From positions 1,338 through 65,337 of the forward strand of contig JBASZO010000015.1 in the NCBI GenBank assembly GCA_049660945.1: 64,000 bases of DNA. The letters are read 5' to 3'. Under the pieces are notes generated by a model. That model was not told where the DNA came from, ran no database searches, and saw nothing but the letters and a program-made list of their open reading frames with translations. The position numbers were made by a program, and so were the translations under genes. Of this stretch, positions 34,194 through 44,748 are shown one piece after another. Origin of the DNA: Candidatus Saccharimonas sp. (GTDB lineage Bacteria > Patescibacteriota > Saccharimonadia > Saccharimonadales > Saccharimonadaceae). Position 1 is the first letter of the stretch, and each line of letters starts with the position of its first letter.

Positions 34194-35193
34194 CAAGCCG
34201 TTGCGTGGCGTAAATTTGGGCGGCTGGTTAGTGTTGGAACGGTGGATGACTCCTACATTGTTCGCGGGCACTGATGCAGAGGACGAGTATTCGTTTATGA
34301 AGACATCGGGTGCACTTGTCAAGTTACGCGCCCATCAAAAATCATTTATTCGCGAAGAAGATTTCGAATGGATGGCAGCAAACGGTATCAATGCAGTCCG
34401 TATACCTATAGGGTACTGGATTTTCGAGGGAGAAAGCCCCTATGTTTCGAGTATTGGGCGACTGGACTGGGCGGTACGCATGGCGACAAAGTACAATATT
34501 CGCGTTTTGATTTGTCTACATGCAGCACCTGGGAGTCAAAATGGCGAGCATCACAGCGGCAGGCAGGGCGATGCAGCATGGTTTCAAGATGCAAGATACC
34601 GCGAGCGAACCATTGCGATACTAGTGCGACTGGCTGAACGATATGCGGATCAGGCGGCGGTGTGGGGTATTGAGCTGTTGAACGAACCGCACGCATGGCG
34701 TCATGTGTTGCGACTACGGCAGTTTTATAAACAAGCCTACACTGCGCTTCGCAAGGTTGCGCGACCGGGCTTGGCGACAGTGTTTCACGATGCCTTTATG
34801 CCTCGGGCTATGTCGGGAGTGCTGCGCGCGAAACCGGAGTACCCTGTTATCATGGATGTTCACTGGTATCAGTTCTTTCTTCCGCCATGGCTTCAGCGAA
34901 TCTTGCCATTCTGGTGCACTAAAATGCTGGTGCAATCGCGAGCCTGGCTGTTTGAGCGATTATCTCGTGCGCAACCGGTGATTGTTGGCGAGTGGAGTGG
35001 TGTAATAGGGGGCGAGACGCTGCAGCGAGTTGCTCATGATCGTCACGAGTTGCTAATGCAAGAGCACCTACGTCGACAGGTGCAACTATATGCTTGCCTA
35101 AAAGGCTGGTTTTACTGGAGCTACAAAACAGAATCGCGTGGTATCTTTCATTTTCGCTCTATGGTCGAGGATGGTCATGTCTCGCTCGACTAG
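34174..35193 (+). CDS. Glycoside hydrolase family 5 (glucan 1,3-beta-glucosidase-like)
   Basis: GVNLGGWLVLERWMTPTLF, NAVRIPIGYW, IELLNEP (acid/base Glu), VGEWSG (nucleophile Glu). TTG start; overlaps the VIT gene by 20 nt. Confidence 0.8.
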   Translation: MVQPLANKPLRGVNLGGWLVLERWMTPTLFAGTDAEDEYSFMKTSGALVKLRAHQKSFIREEDFEWMAANGINAVRIPIGYWIFEGESPYVSSIGRLDWAVRMATKYNIRVLICLHAAPGSQNGEHHSGRQGDAAWFQDARYRERTIAILVRLAERYADQAAVWGIELLNEPHAWRHVLRLRQFYKQAYTALRKVARPGLATVFHDAFMPRAMSGVLRAKPEYPVIMDVHWYQFFLPPWLQRILPFWCTKMLVQSRAWLFERLSRAQPVIVGEWSGVIGGETLQRVAHDRHELLMQEHLRRQVQLYACLKGWFYWSYKTESRGIFHFRSMVEDGHVSLD

Positions 35194-35211
35194 TCACTAA
35201 CAGAGGAGATA

Positions 35212-36660
35212 GTGTATAATACACCCCATATGACTAATATTACTTTCAAACGTTCAAAAATTCTTGCAACCGTCGGTCCAGCGACAAATAGTTCTGAAAT
35301 GATCCAAAAAATGGCTGAAGCCGGTGTAAATGGTTTTCGCCATAACTTTAGCCACGGCACTTTCGAGGAGCGTGATCAGCAGATTGCTTGGATTCGTGCC
35401 ACGCAAGAGGCACTTCAGAAACCGATGGCAATACTTCAGGATCTTCAGGGTCCAAAAATTCGGCTTGGTGCTCTCAAAGATAATCGATTTGAAGTAAAAA
35501 CGGGCGACACGATAATCCTTGACTTTGCTGTGACCGAACACGATGGCGGTAATGTACTGCCGGTGCAGTATAACCTCGCTGAAAAGACGAAAGTTGGCGA
35601 GCCAATCTATATCTTTGACGGCAAAGTGCGTACGACGGTAACTGAGATCAGCTCTGCAACGGCAATTACACTACAGGTAGAGAATGACGGTGTCTTGATG
35701 AGCAAAAAAGGCATCAACTTGCCGGATACCGACTTTGGCGGTGACATCCTGACGCCAAAAGATATTGCCGACCTCGAGTATGGGGCAACCAAAGATTATG
35801 ACTATGTATCACTTAGTTTCGTGCAAAGCCCGGAAGATATCGTAGCGCTTCGTCAGCGAATGGTTGAGCTAAATTATCATGCGCAGATCATTGCCAAGAT
35901 TGAAACGAAGGCAGCGATCAAAGACGATGTACTCGAAGAGATCGTTCAAGTGAGCGATGGCGTCATGGTGGCACGTGGCGATCTGGCTGTCGAGGCTGGT
36001 GCCGAAGTGGTGCCTATTGTGCAACGACGCATCATTGCGCTTTGTCGTAAGCATGGCAAGCTCAGTATCGTTGCGACACAAATGATGGCGAGCATGGTAG
36101 ATGCCCCAGAACCGACACGTGCAGAAGTGAGCGATATTGCGAACGCAGTCATACTGGGAGCAGATACGCTCATGCTTTCTGACGAAACGGCAAATGGCTC
36201 GTATCCACTCCAGGCAATTGCGGCTATGAAACGCACGATACTATATGTACAAGACAATGCACCAGTCGTCCCTATTCAGGACGCCCTCACTCGGAGTAAG
36301 CCAGAACTAGACGCTATTGCTGGTGCTGCTGTGAAGCTTGCCGAGCAGCTGCATGTTTCGGCTATTGTCGCAAAAACAAAGACTGGCGCGACTGCTGCAG
36401 CGATTGCGGCATACCGACCAAACCTACCTATTATTAGTGTAACTAGTGATACGCGTACAGCGCAGCAACTTGCGCTCTGCTATGCGAACCGTAGCTATGT
36501 ACGTCCAGATGACGAGAATGATGCATTTCAGTTGTGTCAGGAGCTTAAAGAACAGGGCTACTTTGGTGAGGACGAACAAGTCCAGGTAGCGATTGTTAGT
36601 GGACGAACTCCCGGCGTGGCTGGTACTACCGACACTATTCGCATGCGCGTGATACAATAA
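35212..36660 (+). CDS. pyk: Pyruvate kinase
   Basis: KILATVGPAT, NFSHG, LQDLQGPKIR, MVARGDLAVE, MLSDETANG. GTG start with AGGAG 6 nt upstream. Confidence 0.9.
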   Translation: MYNTPHMTNITFKRSKILATVGPATNSSEMIQKMAEAGVNGFRHNFSHGTFEERDQQIAWIRATQEALQKPMAILQDLQGPKIRLGALKDNRFEVKTGDTIILDFAVTEHDGGNVLPVQYNLAEKTKVGEPIYIFDGKVRTTVTEISSATAITLQVENDGVLMSKKGINLPDTDFGGDILTPKDIADLEYGATKDYDYVSLSFVQSPEDIVALRQRMVELNYHAQIIAKIETKAAIKDDVLEEIVQVSDGVMVARGDLAVEAGAEVVPIVQRRIIALCRKHGKLSIVATQMMASMVDAPEPTRAEVSDIANAVILGADTLMLSDETANGSYPLQAIAAMKRTILYVQDNAPVVPIQDALTRSKPELDAIAGAAVKLAEQLHVSAIVAKTKTGATAAAIAAYRPNLPIISVTSDTRTAQQLALCYANRSYVRPDDENDAFQLCQELKEQGYFGEDEQVQVAIVSGRTPGVAGTTDTIRMRVIQ

Positions 36661-36682
36661 AGCTAATGAAAAGGGTGGGTCT

Positions 36683-37906
36683 ATGAAATTTCCAAAATGC
36701 GTCATGCGCAAAGCGTCGCTACAGGGCAAAACAGTGCTAGTACGAGCTGATTATAATGTTCCGCTTGCTGATGGCAAGATTGGCGACGACTATCGTATAC
36801 GTTCGAGCGCACCAACAATCAAGAAGCTTATTGAATACGGATGTAAAGTTGTAATCATTAGTCACTTGGGGCGACCGAAAGGTGCTGAGTCCCAGTACAG
36901 TCTTGCTCCTGTGGCCGAGCGCCTACAGGAATTGCTTGGCACTGAAGTTCGTTTTGTCGATCAGTGTACCGGGCCGAAAGTGCGAGTAGAGGTAAAGCGC
37001 GCACCTAAAGGCAGTGTGACATTGCTTGAGAATCTTCGGTTCCATAGCGAAGAAGAGGCAGATGATCTCGGATTTGCTCGTGAGCTAGCAAAGGACTCCG
37101 GCGCGGCGTATTTTGTGCAAGATGGCTTTGGGGTGGTGCATCGTGCCCACGCTAGTACGAGTGCAATTACGCAGTTTCTTCCGAGTGTTGCAGGGTTACT
37201 ACTCGAACGTGAGTATGTGACGATCATGAGCGCAATGCAATCACCTGAACGTCCACTCGTGGCAGTGCTCGGCGGCGCAAAGGTGAGTGACAAGATTGGT
37301 GTTATCAAGGCACTTGTGCCTGTTGCCGACACGATCATCATAGGTGGCGCTATGGCAAATACTTTTTTGGCACATAGAGGATCGTTTATGGGTAAAAGTA
37401 AACTCGAGGCAGATCAAGGGGCGGTAATTGATGCTATTTACCAGGCAGTGTACGCAAAAGTAGGACACGACAAGGCAGATGAGTTTTTGGTTTTGCCCGT
37501 AGACCTTGGCGTTGGAGTATCGACCGAGCCTACAGCGACACGACAAAACGTTTCTGCAAAGACTATCCCTGCTGATAGTATGGCCTTAGATCTTGGTCCT
37601 GAGACAGATGCGATTATTCGTACTATCGTTGAAAAAGCACGAACTGTCATATGGAACGGAACGCTTGGGTTTGCAGAATCTCCTGCGTTTGCGACATCAT
37701 CGAAATCGCTTGCGAGCTGCCTCGTAGAGCATCAAGACACGATTACCTCTATTGTCGGAGGTGGCGATACCGCAGACTTTGTTATTGGGTGGGATGCGCA
37801 GCATGGTGATAGCTTCTCTCATGTCTCCACCGGTGGAGGTGCAAGTCTTGAGCTAATGAGTGGAGAAAAGTTACCAGGTATCGAGGCACTGCTAGACGCG
37901 CGATAG
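36683..37906 (+). CDS. pgk: Phosphoglycerate kinase
   Basis: GKTVLVRADYNVP, ISHLGRPKG, LENLRFH, GGAKVSDKIGVI, GGGDT, STGGGASLE. Confidence 0.92.
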   Translation: MKFPKCVMRKASLQGKTVLVRADYNVPLADGKIGDDYRIRSSAPTIKKLIEYGCKVVIISHLGRPKGAESQYSLAPVAERLQELLGTEVRFVDQCTGPKVRVEVKRAPKGSVTLLENLRFHSEEEADDLGFARELAKDSGAAYFVQDGFGVVHRAHASTSAITQFLPSVAGLLLEREYVTIMSAMQSPERPLVAVLGGAKVSDKIGVIKALVPVADTIIIGGAMANTFLAHRGSFMGKSKLEADQGAVIDAIYQAVYAKVGHDKADEFLVLPVDLGVGVSTEPTATRQNVSAKTIPADSMALDLGPETDAIIRTIVEKARTVIWNGTLGFAESPAFATSSKSLASCLVEHQDTITSIVGGGDTADFVIGWDAQHGDSFSHVSTGGGASLELMSGEKLPGIEALLDAR

Positions 37907-37955
37907 CGGGTATAGTACACTAGAGTAAGTAAAAAAGTATAAGCAGTATATAAAA

Positions 37956-38741
37956 GTGGGCAAGAAACTTATCATCGCGAACTGGAAGATGAACCTCACC
38001 ATTGGTGAGGCAAGTTTGTTTGTTCATAAGCTAGATAAGCTTGTAGGACATCACCCAGGGGTAGAGGTAGTGTTGGCGCCAACAATGCTTGCACTACAAC
38101 CAGTACATCTGCAGGTACAGCACCACCACTTCAATCTCGCGGCTCAAAACTTTTACTGGCGGGACGCGGGTGCATATACGGGTGAAGTCTCGGCAACACA
38201 GCTGACGGGTCTGGTGAAGTATGCACTAGTAGGTCACAGTGAGCGTCGCCATGTATTTCATGAACGTAATACAGAAATTCGCCATAAGGTTCAGTCGGCA
38301 TTTCGTAATGCGATTACGCCGGTACTTTGCGTTGGTGAGACGGCGGGCGAGCGTGCACAGGGTGAAACGAACGATGTTATATTCGATCAGCTAACAGCTG
38401 GTCTGACGAACATTACGAGCGAAGAAGCTGCGGATCTAGTTATAGCGTACGAGCCTGTTTGGGCTATTGGTACGGGAAATAATGCGACGCCTCGAGATGT
38501 AGAGCGTGCGGTTAGCGCAATTCGAAGTCACGTTTCACATCTATTTGGGAGCGAGACTTCCAAGCAAGTGCGCGTATTGTACGGCGGCAGCGTCAATCTA
38601 GACAATGCAGCCAGCTACCTTGCCGCAAAGGGAGTAGATGGATTGTTGGTTGGCGGAGCAAGTCTCGATGTTCATGCCTTTTCAGAAATCATCAAAAAAG
38701 CACAAAAGAGTGACGCAAGTCCTGTAAAGAGAAAGAATTAG
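37956..38741 (+). CDS. tpiA: Triosephosphate isomerase
   Basis: IANWKMN, VGHSERR, AYEPVWAIGTG, YGGSV. Confidence 0.9.
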   Translation: MGKKLIIANWKMNLTIGEASLFVHKLDKLVGHHPGVEVVLAPTMLALQPVHLQVQHHHFNLAAQNFYWRDAGAYTGEVSATQLTGLVKYALVGHSERRHVFHERNTEIRHKVQSAFRNAITPVLCVGETAGERAQGETNDVIFDQLTAGLTNITSEEAADLVIAYEPVWAIGTGNNATPRDVERAVSAIRSHVSHLFGSETSKQVRVLYGGSVNLDNAASYLAAKGVDGLLVGGASLDVHAFSEIIKKAQKSDASPVKRKN

Positions 38742-38748
38742 TGGGGTT

Positions 38749-39855
38749 ATGACAGAGATTGATTTCGAAGAACTAGACAAAGCGGTCAATAGCCTGATGA
38801 CCGATGTAGATAAGTCTAATCCTCCCGCACCAGCCACTTCTTCAAATACTCCAGCTGCCTCGACAACCCCCTCTACACAGCCTTCTGCCGTTTCCCCTGG
38901 TAGCGCAACGGCAACTTCGGGTACAAATGAACGAGAGCAAAAAGTCTCTTCATCACCACTTCCTACAAAGCGACGAGGGCAGTTTATGGATATTGTACGT
39001 CCTGCGGGCAATAAGCCGACGGTAAATCCTGCGCATCGCCAGGGCGTTACTATTACCCCAAATGCAACAGCATCGCAATCTTCAGAAACCGCCACTGAAG
39101 CACCCGTTATCGAGCCAAACCCGCTTACGTCCGTAGAACCGTTCGAGTCAACCGGACAGACCCCGCCGAGCCCATCTGTTGAGCAGTCTTCAGTAGCCTC
39201 GAGCGAGTCGATAGAATCTCCCACGCAAGAGTGGCCTGATCCGATTGATTTTGCAGATAGTACTCAGAAGTCTCAGGAGAGTACTACTGCTACGCCCGAT
39301 GTTCTGCCAAAAGATGAGCTTTCTATTGATGCCCAAGACGTCGAGTCTCTGCCACTTGATTCGCCCTTTCTTCCAGACGCCAAACCAGAAAAGCGTCCAC
39401 TTGGCGCTTTGGCTACTGCAGAAGAGGCGAGTGACGATACGAAAGACGCGCCATCTACTGCAGCTGAATTGCCGCAACCCGAAGCCGCAAATGTGGCCTT
39501 ACCTGCCGAACTTCATGGTAGTGTTGTAGCGATAGAGTCAGAATCTACGGGTCAGTCTGTCTCCGAGGCTCAGACACCTGCTGCGGACACTGAGACGCCG
39601 AAAAAAGATGAGCCGCAGCAACAGTCAGCCGATGTACCTGCTGGCGGAACGATTCCTCAACAATACAAAGAGCAACCAAATACAGGTGATCAGACAAACG
39701 GATCTATCTACGATACGGCAAACTATCATACGGCTATCGAGGCGCACGCGACGGGTGGCAAGAAAAACTCTGTACTAAAGATGGTCATATGGGGTGTGCT
39801 GCTTCTCATACTCGGTGCCGGTGTCGGCGCTGCCGTCTTTATGTTTACACGTTAG
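38749..39855 (+). CDS. Hypothetical low-complexity (Pro/Ser/Thr/Glu-rich) protein with a C-terminal TM anchor
   Basis: Long ORF. C-terminal VIWGVLLLILGAGVGAAVFMF. No family recognised. Confidence 0.55.
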   Translation: MTEIDFEELDKAVNSLMTDVDKSNPPAPATSSNTPAASTTPSTQPSAVSPGSATATSGTNEREQKVSSSPLPTKRRGQFMDIVRPAGNKPTVNPAHRQGVTITPNATASQSSETATEAPVIEPNPLTSVEPFESTGQTPPSPSVEQSSVASSESIESPTQEWPDPIDFADSTQKSQESTTATPDVLPKDELSIDAQDVESLPLDSPFLPDAKPEKRPLGALATAEEASDDTKDAPSTAAELPQPEAANVALPAELHGSVVAIESESTGQSVSEAQTPAADTETPKKDEPQQQSADVPAGGTIPQQYKEQPNTGDQTNGSIYDTANYHTAIEAHATGGKKNSVLKMVIWGVLLLILGAGVGAAVFMFTR

Positions 39856-39921
39856 TTTCACACTAAAAATCGCATATCAAAATCCCATTGCCATGCAGAG
39901 CTACTGCTATAATAGGGTATA

Positions 39922-42060
39922 GTGAATATTCTTGAGGGGCTCAATGATGCACAGCGACAGGCGGTCGAACGTTCCGATGGCCCATTATTAATATTGGCGG
40001 GAGCAGGCAGTGGCAAAACGAAGACACTCACTCACCGAATTGCACACTTACTGACAACGGCCGGAGTATGGCCAAATGAAATACTTGCGGTGACTTTCAC
40101 GAACAAGGCCGCGCGCGAAATGCGTGAGCGTCTGTGGAAGCTGACAAACGAGCATATGCCCGGCGCGACTGAAATGCCTGTCCCACGAAGCTATATGCCC
40201 TGGATGGGGACATTTCATGGTATTTGTGTACGAATATTACGCCAAGATGGTTCAAGCATCGGCATTCAGTCGAACTTTGTCATCTATGACGAAGATGACC
40301 GCCAAGGGTTAATTAAACAGGCTATGAAGGTACTGTCTATTAGCACCGATCAAGTGAAGCCGCGTGCGGCAAGTGCGACGATTAGTAGTGCAAAAAATGA
40401 CCTCATTGACCCGGAGGAGTACGCGGCAAATGCGCGGTACCCTCGCGACAAAGCTATTGCGAAAATTTATGAAACATACGAACGCATGCGCGACACGGCC
40501 GGTGCGCTTGATTTTGACGACCTGCTCATCGAGACGGTACGACTCTTCCGCGATTCACCAGAAGTTCGTGCGCGCTACCGTGCGCAGTTCAAGCATATTC
40601 TGATCGACGAGTATCAAGATACAAACGCGGCTCAGTATGCAATCGTAAAGTATCTTGTAAACGATCAGAAAAACATATGTGTCGTTGGCGACGACTGGCA
40701 GTCTATCTATAGTTGGCGGGGGGCTGATTTTAAAAACATTTTGAATTTTGAGCGAGATTTTCCGGGTGCGATTGTTGTGAAGCTCGAGCAGAACTATCGT
40801 TCAACCGGCGCGATTCTCGAGGCGGCGCACAATGTTATTACTAAAAATATTGAGCGCACCGACAAGGATCTTTGGACGGCCGAAGGCAAGGGCTCTCCAG
40901 TTCAGATTCATCCAGTGTACGACGAAGCCGAAGAAGCATACGTTGTCGCGAGTCATATAAATGCACAGACATCGATCGGTGCACGCGGGCATGGGGATTT
41001 TGCTGTGCTGTATCGTACAAATGCGCAAAGTTTCACCTTTGAGCGCGCATTCTTGCAGCAACACATACCGTATCAGTTAGTAGGTGGTGTGCGGTTCTAT
41101 GACCGCAAGGAAATAAAAGATATCGTGGCGTATCTACGTTTGCTGTATCAACCAAATGATCGCATGAGCTTTAGTCGTATCGCAAATATTCCGTCGAGAG
41201 GCATTGGTGCGACCAGCCTTGAGAAGTTTCTGGTATGGCAGTCTGGGTCGGGGCTGGACATTATTAGCGCACTTGTAACGGTTCAACAGTCAAGTGCTGT
41301 CGCTGCTCGCGCCAAGAACGCGCTTGCGCAGCTAGGCGAGACACTACGTCGGTTGCAGGCGCGTGTTGAATCACAAGCAAACCCGAGTGATATCATTGAC
41401 CAACTGATACAACAAACTGGGTACCGTGATTATGTGCTGGACGGCACTCCCCAGGCAGAAGAACGCGAAGCCAACTTAGGTACGCTAGTCAGTGACGCAA
41501 AATCGTTCGCAACATTACCAGATTTCTTGGAAGAAGTTGCACTTATGAGCTCGGTTGATCAAGCGGATGACGGTGCCAAGGTAACACTAATGACGCTGCA
41601 CGCCGCGAAGGGCTTAGAGTTTCCTGTCGTGTACATGGCTGGTATGGAAGAGGGATTATTCCCAAGTACGCGTGCCCTCGAAGAGGGGCCTCGTCAGCTA
41701 GAAGAAGAGCGACGACTTTGCTATGTCGGCATGACTCGTGCTCGCGAAGAGTTACATCTGATCTATGCGCAAAATCGTATGCAGTATGGCTCACGCAGTT
41801 ACGCGACACCATCGCGCTTCCTCGAGGATATGGGCAACCAACTCATGATGACAACGAGCCCAAGCATTCCAGCCCACAAGCCGCAGTACAATGAGTTCGA
41901 TGAGTTTGTGATGGACTACGACATTGGTGACAGTGTTCGTTCGGCACAGTTTGGTGCTGGCGAGATTGTCGATATTGACGGCATGGCGGTAACAGTACAA
42001 TTTGACAACGGTACGCGCAAGAAGCTCAATGTTGAGTATGCTCGACTCGAAAAATTATAG
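39922..42060 (+). CDS. pcrA: UvrD/PcrA-family ATP-dependent DNA helicase
   Basis: AGAGSGKT, TFTNKAA, ILIDEYQDTN, VGDDWQSIYSWRGA, LEQNYRS, TLHAAKGLEF, RLCYVGMTRA. Confidence 0.9.
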   Translation: MNILEGLNDAQRQAVERSDGPLLILAGAGSGKTKTLTHRIAHLLTTAGVWPNEILAVTFTNKAAREMRERLWKLTNEHMPGATEMPVPRSYMPWMGTFHGICVRILRQDGSSIGIQSNFVIYDEDDRQGLIKQAMKVLSISTDQVKPRAASATISSAKNDLIDPEEYAANARYPRDKAIAKIYETYERMRDTAGALDFDDLLIETVRLFRDSPEVRARYRAQFKHILIDEYQDTNAAQYAIVKYLVNDQKNICVVGDDWQSIYSWRGADFKNILNFERDFPGAIVVKLEQNYRSTGAILEAAHNVITKNIERTDKDLWTAEGKGSPVQIHPVYDEAEEAYVVASHINAQTSIGARGHGDFAVLYRTNAQSFTFERAFLQQHIPYQLVGGVRFYDRKEIKDIVAYLRLLYQPNDRMSFSRIANIPSRGIGATSLEKFLVWQSGSGLDIISALVTVQQSSAVAARAKNALAQLGETLRRLQARVESQANPSDIIDQLIQQTGYRDYVLDGTPQAEEREANLGTLVSDAKSFATLPDFLEEVALMSSVDQADDGAKVTLMTLHAAKGLEFPVVYMAGMEEGLFPSTRALEEGPRQLEEERRLCYVGMTRAREELHLIYAQNRMQYGSRSYATPSRFLEDMGNQLMMTTSPSIPAHKPQYNEFDEFVMDYDIGDSVRSAQFGAGEIVDIDGMAVTVQFDNGTRKKLNVEYARLEKL

Positions 42061-42227
42061 AAATTACAAGGCTACTAACAGCGCCAAATGTATATTTACC
42101 TTATCAACGCATGATGGGGCGGTTAGCAAAGACTTTTTGCTTATGGTTCGTGCTCGGCAGAGAACATGGCATAATAGTTGGTATCCAAGTAGCCGCCCGG
42201 GCGAACGGCGAACCGAAAGGACCTCAC

Positions 42228-42641
42228 ATGAAGACGGTGGTGCAGGAAATTCCTACCATTGACGACCTTGATGCACTACCTACGCATAGTGATGTCATCG
42301 AGACTATCGTGATGTATTGCTTCCGAAATGTAGTGCAGGATGCGATCCAGGAATTCGCAAAGGGTCGTCTAACTCTGAAGGGCGCACTACTGAGTGAAGG
42401 TGCTTACTTTGTTCGAGATGATGCACTACAGCTGATCCTGTCTCTTGTGGACGAGTTTGCAAATGAGCTCATCGACCAGAAGCGTGCTCGCCTAGAGTCT
42501 ATCATCAAAGCCGTCATATCACACCAGCCAGGTAAGTTGTCTGGCTTGTTGACGCAGAACGGCTTGCGGGTGAGTGTGACGTATAATGGTGCCGGTATTC
42601 TCCGTGCAAAACTTGTAGCTGACGAGCCCAACACACGGTAA
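42228..42641 (+). CDS. Hypothetical protein (137 aa)
   Basis: ATG with AAAGGA upstream. The track's longer 42111 start is unlikely. No family recognised. Confidence 0.45.
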   Translation: MKTVVQEIPTIDDLDALPTHSDVIETIVMYCFRNVVQDAIQEFAKGRLTLKGALLSEGAYFVRDDALQLILSLVDEFANELIDQKRARLESIIKAVISHQPGKLSGLLTQNGLRVSVTYNGAGILRAKLVADEPNTR

Positions 42642-42647
42642 GTCATA

Positions 42648-42679
42648 ACCCCCTACGACAACGAGGGGGTATTTTATTT
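42648..42679 (+). terminator. Rho-independent terminator
   Basis: accccct-acgacaacg-agggggt followed by attttattt. Confidence 0.6.
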
Positions 42680-42754
42680 GGTCCGATGAGTACGGCAAGT
42701 GACAGGAGTGTGATACAATAAAAGGAACGCGCTCTAGAGGTCAGAGCCGGAAGT

Positions 42755-43981
42755 ATGAACACAACTTTACTACGACAGCACCAACGCAAACTCATTGTTG
42801 CCGCTATCTCTATGGCGATTGTCTTGGGGATCGCGATTACTTTTTCTTTTAGCCAAGCCTATGCCGCTGACTCTGAAAAGCCCGCAGCAAACGAGCATAT
42901 CATCACCCTTCATGACGATGGAGTCGAGAAAGGCTTTATCACCAAAAAGCATACGCTGCGCGAAGCACTTGCCGATGCAAAGGTTCGTATAGACGAGCGT
43001 GACCGCACAGAGCCTAGTCTCGACGAGAAACTAACGGCGAACTCATATGAAGTGAACGTATATCGAGCACGGCCTGTTCTTATCCGTGATACAGGCAATG
43101 AAACCAAAGTCATTACTTCTTATCGCACGCCGAAGCAAATTGCCAAAGAAGCGAATCTGACACTTCAAGATGAGGATATTGTTACGCTGAGTCCGTCAAA
43201 CGACCCAATTGCTGATGGCGCCGCTGAAGTGATGACGATTGATCGTGCCATTACCTTTAGTTTCGATTTCTATGGCAAGGCAACACAAGCATATACGCAG
43301 GCTAGTACCGTCGGTGACATGCTAAAAGAAAAAGGTATTGTCATGAAGCCTGTCGATGGTATTTCGGCACCACTCGATACAAAGATAGTGGCAAATATGC
43401 AGGTTCGCCTGTGGCGCAACGGCGTACAGACGGTTACCCAAGATGAGGATGTTGCTTTTGAAACAAAGAAAGTGCACGACACTGCGCAACCTACTGGATA
43501 TTCAAAAATCGAAACACCAGGTGAAAATGGCAAGCGAACGGTAACCTACGAGGTTGAGCTACGCAATGGCGTTGAAATCTCTCGCAAAGAGATAAATAGC
43601 GTTGTAACCAAAAAGGCAGTTGAGCAGGTAGAGACAGTCGGCGCTAAGCCTAATGGCGATGGTCTCACAAAGGGCAAGGGCGTATTTATGTTTACCGATA
43701 GTAAAGGAGTCGTACACCGTGAAACGTACTACGATCTTCCTATGGCGAGAGTGATGCAAAACTGCGGCATGGGCGGCTACTATACTGTTCGAGCCGACGG
43801 TGCAAAGGTCGATAGGGATGGATATATTATCATTGCAGCGCATCTCGCAAATTACCCTCGTTGTTCGATCGTCGAGACAAGTATAGGTCTAGGTAAGGTA
43901 TATGACACTGGTGGCTTTACGTCAGTCCATCCTTACGGGTTTGACCTTGCGACTGATTGGTCAAAAGGTGACGGAATTTAG
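42755..43981 (+). CDS. YabE-like cell-wall protein (signal-anchor, DUF348-like repeats, G5 domain, C-terminal 3D/RlpA-like domain)
   Basis: G5-like TVTQDEDVAFETKKVHD....ETPGENGKRTVTYEVELRNG...V..VVTKKAVEQVETVG. The C-terminal region (...YTVRADGAKVD..GYIIIAAH...) is 3D-like. It lies directly upstream of rsmA, as yabE does in Firmicutes. Confidence 0.7.
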   Translation: MNTTLLRQHQRKLIVAAISMAIVLGIAITFSFSQAYAADSEKPAANEHIITLHDDGVEKGFITKKHTLREALADAKVRIDERDRTEPSLDEKLTANSYEVNVYRARPVLIRDTGNETKVITSYRTPKQIAKEANLTLQDEDIVTLSPSNDPIADGAAEVMTIDRAITFSFDFYGKATQAYTQASTVGDMLKEKGIVMKPVDGISAPLDTKIVANMQVRLWRNGVQTVTQDEDVAFETKKVHDTAQPTGYSKIETPGENGKRTVTYEVELRNGVEISRKEINSVVTKKAVEQVETVGAKPNGDGLTKGKGVFMFTDSKGVVHRETYYDLPMARVMQNCGMGGYYTVRADGAKVDRDGYIIIAAHLANYPRCSIVETSIGLGKVYDTGGFTSVHPYGFDLATDWSKGDGI

Positions 43982-44748
43982 TGCCAAAAAAGGAATTAGG
44001 TCAACACTGGCTCAAAGATCGCGGCATACTGGCGGCAATTGCAGATGATGCTGATTTGCACGAGGATGACGTTGTACTCGAAATTGGTCCCGGACTAGGA
44101 ACGCTCACCAGTGAGCTATTGCGCCGCGCAGGCAAGGTGATTGCTGTAGAGTTTGATCCTGACCTAGCACGAAAGTTGCCAGGACAGTTTCCGGGCAAGA
44201 ACCTCGAAGTTATTCATACTGACATACTTCAGTTTGATCTCGATACGCTTCCTGCCGGCTATAAAGTCGTTGCAAATGTTCCCTACTACATTACTAGCAA
44301 GATTGTCGAAAAACTCATGACCGCTCGTAATCGACCATCGGTAACAGTGCTGCTTGTACAAAAGGAAGTTGCCGAGCGAATCGCTGCGGGGCCGGGGGAT
44401 ATGAGCATACTCGCGCTGAGTGCGCAGGTATATGCAACGGCCACACTAGGAGTGTTTGTGCCGCGTGAGCATTTCACCCCCCCTCCAAAAGTTGATTCAG
44501 CGGTAGTAGTGCTTCATGCGCGTCCAGAGCCACTCATTGCTCCCGAGGACGAACGTGCGTTTTTTCGCGTTGTCAAAGCAGGCTTTATCGCTAAGCGTAA
44601 AAAACTTCGTAGTTCGATAGCTGCGGGCCTCGCTTTGTCGAAACCCGATGCCGAAGCATTGCTTCGTCATGCTGGCGTCGACCCCGATCTACGTGCTGAG
44701 GATCTGTCGATTGACGATTGGTTACGTCTGGCGCGAGACGCAGTATGA
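43981..44748 (+). CDS. rsmA: 16S rRNA (adenine1518/1519-N6)-dimethyltransferase
   Basis: LGQHWL, VLEIGPGLGTLT, VANVPYYITS. Confidence 0.9.
   Translation: MPKKELGQHWLKDRGILAAIADDADLHEDDVVLEIGPGLGTLTSELLRRAGKVIAVEFDPDLARKLPGQFPGKNLEVIHTDILQFDLDTLPAGYKVVANVPYYITSKIVEKLMTARNRPSVTVLLVQKEVAERIAAGPGDMSILALSAQVYATATLGVFVPREHFTPPPKVDSAVVVLHARPEPLIAPEDERAFFRVVKAGFIAKRKKLRSSIAAGLALSKPDAEALLRHAGVDPDLRAEDLSIDDWLRLARDAV

Noticed and set aside
42002-42262. ORF 42002-42262, and the long upstream extension of ORF 42111-42641.
   Set aside because: The first overlaps the pcrA 3' end and the intergenic hairpin and promoter (extended -10 tggcataat). The internal ATG 42228 with an RBS is the more plausible start for the downstream gene.
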